In this document: piece by piece, positions 23,901 through 31,110 of the stretch
Layout: each line of letters starts with the position of its first letter
Numbering within the stretch: the first letter of the stretch is position 1
Assembly (NCBI GenBank): GCA_043820265.1
Contig: JBDREA010000097.1
Span: 1 to 61,524, forward strand
DNA from: Candidatus Altiarchaeota archaeon
GTDB taxonomy: Archaea > Altiarchaeota > Altiarchaeia > IMC4 > JBDREA01
Length of the DNA: 61,524 nucleotides
Reading direction: 5' to 3'
Notes under the pieces: model-generated
What the model was told of the DNA's origin: nothing
Seen by the model: only the letters and a program-made list of their open reading frames with translations
Databases searched by the model: none
Made by a program: the position numbers and the translations under genes

Positions 23901-25531
23901 ATTAATTCGCTGGTGTTGCCGAAGCCGAGAATCGCCTTTCCCTGATCCCAGGTTGAGTCATCGAATGACAGGTTGTTCCAGCCGGCGGGCGGGGCACTGG
24001 CAAGATAATCAGTTGAATATTTCCAGCAGCTCTCTCTTTCCACGAGCTTTTCGAATCCCAGGTTAGCCAGAGTCTCACGGGCAGACCTTATCGAACACGA
24101 CGTGCATGTGTAACCGCAGTCGTCGTCGTAGAAGTCGATGTTCGCGATAAGCGCTGCAGTATTGTCAGTTAAGGACTGTGTCCTACAGACCGAGGTCCCG
24201 TAGGCGACCAACCCAATCCTGTTTCCCGAGACGTTTGTCACGATGTTTACGAAGTCTTTGTCGTTGCATTTGGCGACAGAAATCTTTGTGGTGTCCAGAT
24301 CAAAGAGGTTCGGATCAGTGCAAACGCGGTCCACTGCCCCAGTATAGTCTCCGTCAAATTTTTCACCCATGCTTCCCGAATTGTCTGTTATGAGCATGAT
24401 GTCTGCTATTCCGTCTCCCCCTTCCATGAAGTATGAAAGCCCTTCTGTTCCCAGACGCAGGGGGACGGTCTGCTCGGAGTACTCGTCGTCTGACGCACCA
24501 TAATCTATGAATGAGGAGAAGTTGACGTCATCCATCAAAATTATTTGTTCTGTACCGTTCGTGGAAAGATTCACCTGACTGTCCCCCACCCTCATAAAAG
24601 TCGTGTAGTTGTTTTTGATGTGAAGGTACATGTCCATCTGGTACAAGTCTCCGGGAACATAGAAGCTGTCATAGAGGTTTATCAACCCGACAATCCCCGG
24701 GAAATTATAGCGCATGATTCCGGCGGGATCCTGGGCAGCAAATTCTTTGGTTGTGTAGCTTACCCTGATGAATCCTCCGCCGATGTAGGAGACACTGAGG
24801 TCTGTGGTGTCAAAGATTATCTCAAATGTATTGTTTTCACCGGGAGTAATGTCATCATGGCAGACTGTATCGAGGATGTATGTGCCAACATTGTATGTGT
24901 TACTGGCTTTGGTTTTCAATCCACCGCATTGGATGCCGTTGATGAATACCTTGAAGTCTTCGCCCACGCTCAACTCCAAATAGATCTCCGAAATGTTTGC
25001 ATCGAGAGGTATGCCTTCAACTATCCTTGTGATGTTTCCCTCTCCCACAAATCCCCCGAAATAAGCGTATGAGGCAGTTTCCTTGGATTTTACTCCAGTA
25101 AGAAAAGCTCTCGCCACGCTCCCCTTCACGGGCAAACCCTTCCCGTAACCGACGAGTACCCTGCTTGAATGGGTTAGTTCTGTCGCATCACCCATGGACC
25201 TGCGCCCTGAGCCGTTGGAGACGACTTCATCGTCGATGGTGAGCCTGTATCCGGCGTTTGCGGGAACCAATTCAGAAAGATAGTAGTCTGCTATCCCCAT
25301 ACTACGGTTCATGTCGTTTTCCGCCCACGCCTCGCCGATCTCGTCAAGTATCCCTTGTTTGTTCATAGTTTCCAGCACGTCTTCGGATAGATAGTGGAGA
25401 TTCTTAAAGCTTGTAATCGAGGTCCTACTCGTCGCAGAATACTGGAAACCTAAAAGAGAAACGAAGATGACGGAAACAAAAAGGAGGGCAATGACTGAAT
25501 CAAGCAAAACGGTATACCCTCTATCCTTCAT
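20939..25531 (-). CDS. giant prepilin-like adhesin (1530 aa) with split VWA domain, split jelly-roll module and tandem internal repeats
   Basis: N-terminus MKDRG/YTVLLDSVIALLFVSVIFVSLL. VWA MIDAS DNSGSM at about 24370-24390, with the rest of the VWA (IIIMSDG...) at about 22000. Two repeats of about 235-255 aa at about 23145-23842 and 22325-23093. Confidence 0.8.
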   Translation of the reverse strand: MKDRGYTVLLDSVIALLFVSVIFVSLLGFQYSATSRTSITSFKNLHYLSEDVLETMNKQGILDEIGEAWAENDMNRSMGIADYYLSELVPANAGYRLTIDDEVVSNGSGRRSMGDATELTHSSRVLVGYGKGLPVKGSVARAFLTGVKSKETASYAYFGGFVGEGNITRIVEGIPLDANISEIYLELSVGEDFKVFINGIQCGGLKTKASNTYNVGTYILDTVCHDDITPGENNTFEIIFDTTDLSVSYIGGGFIRVSYTTKEFAAQDPAGIMRYNFPGIVGLINLYDSFYVPGDLYQMDMYLHIKNNYTTFMRVGDSQVNLSTNGTEQIILMDDVNFSSFIDYGASDDEYSEQTVPLRLGTEGLSYFMEGGDGIADIMLITDNSGSMGEKFDGDYTGAVDRVCTDPNLFDLDTTKISVAKCNDKDFVNIVTNVSGNRIGLVAYGTSVCRTQSLTDNTAALIANIDFYDDDCGYTCTSCSIRSARETLANLGFEKLVERESCWKYSTDYLASAPPAGWNNLSFDDSTWDQGKAILGFGNTSELMSTNVHTTYLDIWNTAGGCSKNVDFTDGVNSLDNTFSNGGDSNDGWDWWRDFVGDATSDHCEHGDPSGKSDYDTDTSTQIQRYDGPGSRKYIAVVVGPSGNNLDDISDSGAWGIEFNITDAMWVQINAGATTNLSFWWGADDADDDLEEGAWIKARFSDTTDTYWLGSDLDSGHRYSDASNEIWGSVDDDSNGWNSLVSGNFWQNVSPYISGPGAYYLALGAKVDFRGPWSNGRSNREGLAAYFDNIQLKVGEGAGALDADLWDMAQDIPSPVDFTSGLNSTANTEIIMSIDFANYDDGWDWFRGDDAYGTLGPGGIPGNSDMTSHYDPSGLSGGTTQDGSSRLEVRIEGRTDEVADSGAWGVQINITQAVVDAIAAGAEVFVSFDYEAFDTSSSDDTEESVWIKSRFFQLGDPDLSNNYLGYDLDTGNGNGDAPTDTTLEVLYDHSITDNIEWDEDEVYGDFDMDGNGINNSGRFRQNVSTIISSGGAGWYYLDFGVKFDATTGSQSDSEGIIAYFTNVSLELIPTIAASGDYHFRKTFTVNKSTLNITKLFVLSDDKAEVYLNGVLIDNDSTEHSGSYWDRDGIVINNNDVADGDNVLGVIVHNDDTSSAAFDLEIINTIDRLKAIIIMSDGCANRCIPGVSCSDATAKQEVLDEATIAYDTYGIALYTVLYGDASTCADNMNDTACIDNCSHFYMSTNASELATIYREIAQDLVNASYRGQAINVTEGDIFRGILYNDSYIEFTYDPSINPPDYGEISINLDTPTFGGCEGKLSVRDNLTVVDVKITSYSGEYWTDYLSLNNSAGSYDIYTLRDSHFGGDYTILGDPYFIQVPASLIKNGENNSFTIGTGNDPSTPTFCSEYSRAIYTVRLRGSVDYGGVFQDKEGCTWNIEFEDGSDTRIDFPSNYNGTNECNYTSICSTSACYDTNDAVDDAVYRLLSQLDIDDDGMLGLEFAAGQLIVDFSKTGEVRSLWGPIQADLTIWR

Positions 25532-25692
25532 TTTACCTCTCAGAGACGGTCGGACTGTAAACTAATTGCAGGCGGCGTATTAAAATGTTGAATTCTGGGT
25601 GTATATAGTTGTCGATTTCAAGCACTCAAAGTATTTAAATCTGTCGATTCCTGAACTGCTCCATGAAAAATTGTTTAAGTAGGGGTGAAGCT

Positions 25693-28332
25693 TCAACAGT
25701 GTCTATAAGTAATATTTAATAGGAAGTCTAAAAATTCCAATCCAGTTGCCTCTGATAGGTGGACTCCGAATACATTATCGCCCGTTGAAGTATATGCTGT
25801 AATGTTCTTCCAGCCAGTCGGATCTTGAACTGCCGCCTTATCGCAGTCTACTCCGTTGTTGTACCATCCGCAACCCGATTTGTTGCAGTCTGCTCCGGAG
25901 TGATTAGCTAGATTATCGTTTGCATAAAGCCAGAATCCATCATCCGAGTTGAATTTAAAAGTCACGTTTTCAGGAGTGCCAGGTATTGTGACAACCTTCC
26001 TATAGTAGAAATCGCAGTTATTGCAGTAGCTTCCTCTTGGAAGTGGCAGGTTTGTATCATTCCAAGCTGTATCGTCATATCCGAGCTGCGCCCATCCAGG
26101 TGGCCCACTGCAATTAGTAGAAGAATAATTCATTGTCTTCCACCCAGACGTAAGGTCCCCTAAACTGAAGGTTCCCTGGCAGTCGGCGTCCGCGCAGTCA
26201 ACATCGCCGTCGCAGTCGTTGTCTAAACTGTCAGTACAATCTACTTCTATCCCTCCACAGTCCACATCGTCTGTGTCTACGCATCCGTCGCAGTCGTTAT
26301 CATTTGAATCACCGCATTGGCCTAGCCCCTCGATTCCACTGCAGTCAGAATCTGCTGCATCTATACAAAGGTCGCAGTCATCGTCGACTGTGTTAACGCA
26401 GGAAATCTCTGTTGTAGTCAAGTTAACAGTTAAATTATAGCTGTCTAAGTCATCCACGACTCCATTGTCTTCGCAGTCTCCCCCGTCAGCATCAATTGTA
26501 ATATAATAAGTTATTCCTGAGGTGACACATGAGGAAATCCTAGCCGGCCAAATCGGCGGACCTGCGTCATGGGCTAAATGTATGCAGTTCTGGTCTTCGA
26601 TACTTACATCTGCTTGATCGTTTGATCCAGTTGGTGGTTCGCTCGACCAAAGAGCAACCCACAATTTTCCGCTGGCATCTGGAATATACTTGTAGATATG
26701 CCATTCGCTCGTGTAGTAGTCGAAGTTGTTGCAGGTGTAGGAGGCATTGTCTGGAATCAAGAAGGCATCTGCGGCCGGGTCGTTGCAACTATGCCAGTCC
26801 TGTCCGGCTCCATTGCATACATCGTCATCGGCGGGATCGCAACCAGTTGTCCAGCCACAACCGAATGGCAGAGTATCGGTGCAGTCTGTGTCGTTCCAAT
26901 CCAATAGTCCGTCGTTGTCGTTGTCGCCGCAGTCCCAGCAAATCTCTGCGCCGCCCCAGAACTTGCATTCACCCGCTCCATCGCATTGATATTGTCCCTT
27001 ACAGGCTTCATCCTGTAGTCCGATTCCCACAGGGACTTCTCCGCACCCAAGGGTACATGTGGGGTTATAGCACATATTGTTGGGACAAGACGAAGCATCT
27101 CCTCCACAATCTTCGCCTGGATCACATATGCCGTCGCCGCATTGCACTGACTTAACTTTTCTTTCGTCGGAGTACCAGAGAGTCAGAGTAGTCTTAACAA
27201 CTTCGTCTTCTAGAACACCAGTACGATAGGTCGTGAGTTTTTCAGTTTCGTTTTCAGGTCTCATCCCGAATTCGATTACGTATTCGTTGAAGGTCGCAAG
27301 GATTGGAAACAAAGATATCGAGTTTGGATCTCCGCTGTCTGCAATGTATCTGACCGAGCCATCCCCGTATTTCCAGCGGCAAAGAAGGCATTTGTCTGCG
27401 TCTCCCGCTACACTGATGGCAATCTTTTTCGTGTCATCGGAGTCTATCTGTATGGGATAACCTTCCATGGAGCCTATGGTATCGCCTACGCTGAGGTTTG
27501 TGGGAAGCAGGTAGTCGTTTGTCAGAACCTGACCGGTGTAATTATCTGGCACCCCTACAATGGATGAGTTGAAATAGCTTATCTCAGGAGTGAATTTTTC
27601 AGCCACAAGGATACCTCCCCTCGCAACATATTCCCGCAGAATATTTATCTCTGTGAAGGTCAGAGAAAGGTTATCCGTATCCTCCAATATTACAGCATCA
27701 TAGTTAGAGAGGTTGTTTAGAAGATACTGGGTGACATCGTCTTTTGTACCCTGATAAAATGATTCAGCAGTCGAATAATTGGTTCCTGGCGCTGCCAGGT
27801 CGTTTCCCCAATAATAGTCCCAAGTTATATTGAAGGCTTGAAGGGAGGGAAGAAAGCCTTGTTCGTCTATTTGATAAGTGAAATACGCAAGCCTTATCCT
27901 TGAAAGATTACTGATGATGACTTCGTTTCCCAGAACCAAAGGCGGAGTGCGCGAAACCTTGAACAAAAACTCGTATCTCCCGATCCCAAGCATATGCTTA
28001 TTGTTCTCATAGCCCATGCTCGGAATGTCCATCAACTCGGCGAACATGTAAAGTCTATCAGTCAACATCCTCCCCCGGTTCTTGTCTGATAACCCGATCG
28101 CTTGAACGTTCGTAAGGTTCCACTCAGTCGGGGTCCCAGGGGTTCGGACGAGTTGTTCTGCGACATCGATCGTCACTTTTTCGAGATCGTAGCGGATTTC
28201 TGCGTCAGCCAGGTTTCGGGTCGTAGAATCCCAAAGATAGATGGTCATCGTCAAGGCTGCTATGAAGATGATGTACGCCAAAAGGAATTCTCCCCCGAAC
28301 ATCTGCCCTTTCTTTTTGTTTTTTTCCATCAC
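25693..28332 (-). CDS. giant prepilin-like surface protein (879 aa) with Cys/Asp-rich repeats, PPC-like and jelly-roll-like domains
   Basis: N-terminus MMEKNKKKGQ/MFGGEFLLAYIIFIAALTMTI. Four repeats of the type C..S.DNDCDG.VD..D.DC. A pre-peptidase-C-terminal-like segment (...GITYYITIDADGG...YNLTVNL). C-terminal W..LGYDDTAW...FYYRKVVTIPG...FNSDDGFWLYANDN. Confidence 0.8.
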   Translation of the reverse strand: MMEKNKKKGQMFGGEFLLAYIIFIAALTMTIYLWDSTTRNLADAEIRYDLEKVTIDVAEQLVRTPGTPTEWNLTNVQAIGLSDKNRGRMLTDRLYMFAELMDIPSMGYENNKHMLGIGRYEFLFKVSRTPPLVLGNEVIISNLSRIRLAYFTYQIDEQGFLPSLQAFNITWDYYWGNDLAAPGTNYSTAESFYQGTKDDVTQYLLNNLSNYDAVILEDTDNLSLTFTEINILREYVARGGILVAEKFTPEISYFNSSIVGVPDNYTGQVLTNDYLLPTNLSVGDTIGSMEGYPIQIDSDDTKKIAISVAGDADKCLLCRWKYGDGSVRYIADSGDPNSISLFPILATFNEYVIEFGMRPENETEKLTTYRTGVLEDEVVKTTLTLWYSDERKVKSVQCGDGICDPGEDCGGDASSCPNNMCYNPTCTLGCGEVPVGIGLQDEACKGQYQCDGAGECKFWGGAEICWDCGDNDNDGLLDWNDTDCTDTLPFGCGWTTGCDPADDDVCNGAGQDWHSCNDPAADAFLIPDNASYTCNNFDYYTSEWHIYKYIPDASGKLWVALWSSEPPTGSNDQADVSIEDQNCIHLAHDAGPPIWPARISSCVTSGITYYITIDADGGDCEDNGVVDDLDSYNLTVNLTTTEISCVNTVDDDCDLCIDAADSDCSGIEGLGQCGDSNDNDCDGCVDTDDVDCGGIEVDCTDSLDNDCDGDVDCADADCQGTFSLGDLTSGWKTMNYSSTNCSGPPGWAQLGYDDTAWNDTNLPLPRGSYCNNCDFYYRKVVTIPGTPENVTFKFNSDDGFWLYANDNLANHSGADCNKSGCGWYNNGVDCDKAAVQDPTGWKNITAYTSTGDNVFGVHLSEATGLEFLDFLLNITYRHC

Positions 28333-28358
28333 ATATCCTATGATAAAATTATCACATC

Positions 28359-29129
28359 CTATGCTAATACTATCATTTCAACTAATTGGTTATTTGACTC
28401 TATGCTTTCAAAACTTGAATTCGAATCGTCCACGCTAACTTCTATCCTATAAGAACCCGCGGGCCAGGGGGGTGAAACATAGCTTACAGTCAAGGTCTCT
28501 CCCGCGCCAAGTCCTGTGACCGTCACCCCGGTGCAGGGGTGGTTGTCGGCGCATATACCGTCTGTTCGGTCGAGGTTGGTGAACATCACGATAAAATCCT
28601 TCGTTTCTTCGACGTGGGCGTCGTTTTCTATCTCCACTGACACGGTGTTTGCGACTCCCCCTTGCCCTGGAGTCGATTTTAATGTGTTGTTTAGGGGTCT
28701 GAGCTCCGGCCTGTGGCATGTGATGATTATCCTCCCCTCCTCGTTTAGCGCCCTGTTTGAATAGTTTCTTCCGTAGTCCAGGCAGTGGACGGTGACGTTG
28801 CTGTTTATGATCTGCCTCGCCCACGCCCTCTCCTCCCCCCAGAGTATCTCCACGATATTGCTTGATACGACCAAAGAGTATTCTTCTTGGGAGTAAAGCA
28901 GTCCGGGGAGAGTGAAGTATCTGAAGTAACCCGAACCCTGCTCGCTTATCGTATTGATGTTGTCTGCGAAGCTGTCGGTCACACTTTTTGCGTCAGAAAA
29001 GATTTTTATCTGGGTGCTGTCCTGGATCTTTCTGATGGAAAGAAGCGAGACCATAATGAAGATTATCAGGATGAATCCGAACACCATTATGAGCTCGACT
29101 CCCGACTGCCCTTTTCGTCTGTGATTCAC
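28359..29129 (-). CDS. prepilin-like protein (256 aa) with CARDB-like C-terminal domain
   Basis: Class III signal-like MNHRRKGQ/SGVELIMVFGFILIIFIMVSLL. C-terminal beta-sandwich-like VSVEIENDAHVEETKDFIVMF...GETLTVSYVSPPWPAGSYRIEVSVD. First gene of the minus-strand locus. Confidence 0.75.
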   Translation of the reverse strand: MNHRRKGQSGVELIMVFGFILIIFIMVSLLSIRKIQDSTQIKIFSDAKSVTDSFADNINTISEQGSGYFRYFTLPGLLYSQEEYSLVVSSNIVEILWGEERAWARQIINSNVTVHCLDYGRNYSNRALNEEGRIIITCHRPELRPLNNTLKSTPGQGGVANTVSVEIENDAHVEETKDFIVMFTNLDRTDGICADNHPCTGVTVTGLGAGETLTVSYVSPPWPAGSYRIEVSVDDSNSSFESIESNNQLVEMIVLA

Positions 29130-29269
29130 TTTCAGGTTAAGCGCGCATAAAAACTTTTATCGGCTGGCCTTAAAAGACTTTGTTCGGGGATTTTTTCGCT
29201 CACCTTAAAAGTAATTTAGACGTTTGCACTATTAGCTCATTTTAATCCTGAACTCTTAAATTCTTTCCG

Positions 29270-29671
29270 ATGAAAAAGAAGGATCAATCATCTGTCAGCA
29301 TTCGCGAACTCATGGATCTGATGGAGCATATGCGCTCGGAAGCCGGTTGCCCCTGGGACAGAGAGCAGGATTTCGCAACTATCAGAAACACATTCGAAGA
29401 CGAATTCCGCGAAGCTGCCTGGGCCCTCGATAACGAAGACTTCGAGAATCTGAAAGAAGAACTTGGAGACGTTTTCTGGAACATAATCTTTCTCTCTCAG
29501 CTCGCGAAAGAAAAAGGATACTTTGACTTAGAAGATGTTGTAACAGACATGAAGAAAAAAATCACAAGAAGGCATCCCCACGTCTTCGCAGGAAAAAAAT
29601 TAAACTCAGTAGAGGAAGTCAGAACGGAATATCTGAAAATCAAAAAGTCAGAAAAGAATAAAATAAGATAA
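29270..29671 (+). CDS. mazG: MazG-family nucleoside triphosphate pyrophosphohydrolase
   Basis: MazG motif pattern CPWDREQDF...EEFREAAWAL...LKEELGDVFWNIIFL...RRHPHVF. Confidence 0.85.
   Translation: MKKKDQSSVSIRELMDLMEHMRSEAGCPWDREQDFATIRNTFEDEFREAAWALDNEDFENLKEELGDVFWNIIFLSQLAKEKGYFDLEDVVTDMKKKITRRHPHVFAGKKLNSVEEVRTEYLKIKKSEKNKIR
29569..29626 (+). repeat. direct repeat, copy 1 (authentic mazG 3' end)
   Basis: AAGGCATCCCCACGTCTTCGCAGGAAAAAAATTAAACTCAGTAGAGGAAGTCAGAA. Repeated at 30194-30250 with a 1-nt deletion and a few substitutions. Confidence 0.8.
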
Positions 29672-29690
29672 AGGAAGGAGAAAAGAGAAG

Positions 29691-29924
29691 TTAGGCTACC
29701 CCTTTATCTATGTCTTGGAATACCAGGAATTCTGAAGAAGCACTAGACTTTGGGATAGGGATCTTGTCCTCTACCATCCCTTGAATATGCATTTCAATCG
29801 CTGTGTGCATGTTTTTTTCAGCCTCTTTTTTAGTGCGGCCGGCAGCTACGCAACCAAGAAGGTCAGGGGAGTATGCCGAGTATCCGTCTTTGGTTTTTTC
29901 AAAGACGACGAGGAACCTGTGCAT
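29691..29924 (-). CDS. hicB: HicB-family antitoxin
   Basis: MHRFLVVFEKTKDGYSAYSPDLLGCVAAGRTKKEAEKNMHTAIEMHIQGM matches the HicB N-terminal fold pattern. Located 4 nt downstream of hicA. Confidence 0.85.
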   Translation of the reverse strand: MHRFLVVFEKTKDGYSAYSPDLLGCVAAGRTKKEAEKNMHTAIEMHIQGMVEDKIPIPKSSASSEFLVFQDIDKGVA

Positions 29925-29928
29925 TTTT

Positions 29929-30129
29929 TCATTTACCTCTTTTCTTCAATTGAGCTTGTTTGAAGACGCTACTTAATGTCCCAGGCGCCAAAGTATGGCT
30001 AAGATTACCTGCTATTGTTACGCGACCTTTTTTGGAGGGATGTTTATACTGCCTATGACTTCCCCTCATATTTACGAGGTACCAGCCATCAGCTTCGATG
30101 AGCTTTATCACATCCCTGATCTTCATCAT
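29929..30129 (-). CDS. hicA: HicA-family mRNA interferase toxin
   Basis: MKIRDVIKLIEADGWYLVNMRGSHRQYKHPSKKGRVTIAGNLSHTLAPGTLSSVFKQAQL matches the canonical HicA pattern (GSH.....P....V.....L..GTL). Confidence 0.85.
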   Translation of the reverse strand: MMKIRDVIKLIEADGWYLVNMRGSHRQYKHPSKKGRVTIAGNLSHTLAPGTLSSVFKQAQLKKRGK

Positions 30130-30193
30130 AACTATTGATTGGAAGTCATATTTATAATCTCCTATCTACACAAACCAAGAAAAATACACTTAA

Positions 30194-30250
30194 AAGGCAC
30201 CCCACGTATTCGCGGGAAAAAAACTCAACTCAGTAGAGGAAGTCAGAAAA
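30194..30250 (+). repeat. direct repeat, copy 2 (orphaned duplicate of the mazG 3' end)
   Basis: AAGGCACCCCACGTATTCGCGGGAAAAAAACTCAACTCAGTAGAGGAAGTCAGAA. Read in frame it encodes PHVFAGKKLNSVEEVR, the same peptide as the end of mazG, but with no upstream ORF. Confidence 0.8.
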
Positions 30251-30304
30251 GAACAAAAAAAATCAAAGCAAAAGAGAAAACCAAGAAAAACTAATCAAGA
30301 TCTT

Positions 30305-30727
30305 TTATCTCTTCTTCTCTATAACCTTTGCTTTCGCATCGTCTGGTCTATAGTGTAGCTCTGAGTCCAATCCACGGAATTTATCTCTGCCGCTTATCCC
30401 GTTTCTTGTGACAAGGAAATGATCAGTTCTTGCAAAGTCGTATCCAAGTATAATCCCTGCTCTACGTATGCTCATGTCCATTTGCTTCATAGGCTCCCTG
30501 AGTTCTTCAAAGCCTGGTGTTTCTCCTTTTTCAAATATGAATAAAGTAAAAGCTCTTCCATGCGCATCGATATAGTAACCTAAGGGTGTCTCCCATAACA
30601 CACCTGCTTTGGTTCGAATATCCCATGCAACAGATAGTTCTCCCTTCGCCGCTTCCTCAGCCTTTTGTATTCCACCGTTTTTCCTTATTACTCTGATGGT
30701 TCTGGTCGGCTTAACCGCGATCTTCAT
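30305..30727 (-). CDS. hypothetical protein
   Basis: ORF with ATG at 30727 (MKIAVKPTRTIRV...); the track uses GTG at 30757. No family recognised. Sits in the small accessory islet. Confidence 0.5.
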   Translation of the reverse strand: MKIAVKPTRTIRVIRKNGGIQKAEEAAKGELSVAWDIRTKAGVLWETPLGYYIDAHGRAFTLFIFEKGETPGFEELREPMKQMDMSIRRAGIILGYDFARTDHFLVTRNGISGRDKFRGLDSELHYRPDDAKAKVIEKKR

Positions 30728-30769
30728 ACTTCCCCCATCCACTGGTTTTGTCTCCACCCAGAACGACTT

Positions 30770-31006
30770 TCACCCATTTCCTTCCAATTCATGTCTCTCG
30801 TTTAGAATCCAGTTTTCCGGTTGAAGGAGCCTGCGGAATCTATCCTTAGTCGATAGAAGAACCAGTTTTCCACCATCCCTAGTCGGTTGAGAAATGAAAA
30901 TCGGATCACCTCACTTTTCTCTCTTAGTCATCAGGTTTACTGCCGCTATCGTTGCGATGTCTCTATCAGTTAATGCATCCTTAGGTTTTTGCTGAGTGAT
31001 AACCAT
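30770..31006 (-). pseudogene. Phd/YefM-like antitoxin remnant interrupted by an in-frame TGA
   Basis: ATG at 31006: MVITQQKPKDALTDRDIATIAAVNLMTKREK-TGA(30911-30913)-GDPIFISQPTRDGGKLVLLSTKDRFRRLLQPENWILNERHELEGNG-TGA. The second half resembles the YefM core (P.lItr.g....VL.s.e.y..L). Total length of 77 aa fits the family. Confidence 0.3.
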
Positions 31007-31110
31007 TCTAAATAATATTAGGAAACTAAAAATTAAAAATCAGATAAAGAACAATAAAAGACGTTAGAGAAGAATACTTAAAGATAAAGGAAAAGAAGGA
31101 AAACGGCTAA

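Noticed and set aside
25532-25692. The 160-nt gap inside the pilus locus, containing TATATAGTTG...CTCAAAGTAT, reminiscent of the arms of the double-hairpin element.
   Set aside because: Only the AT-rich outer parts match. The GC-rich core (GAGGCC.../...GGCCTC) and the second hairpin are absent, so I treat it as an internal promoter region with TATA-like boxes rather than a fourth copy.
21163-28452. Numerous 60-180-aa ORFs antisense to, or out of frame within, the giant pilin-like genes (for example 24545-25072, 26622-27155, 26757-27125, 28447-28824).
   Set aside because: They all lie inside long ORFs with coherent domain content. Their translations are Arg/Cys/Ser-rich or low complexity, consistent with alternative frames of Asp/Gly/Asn-rich coding sequence.
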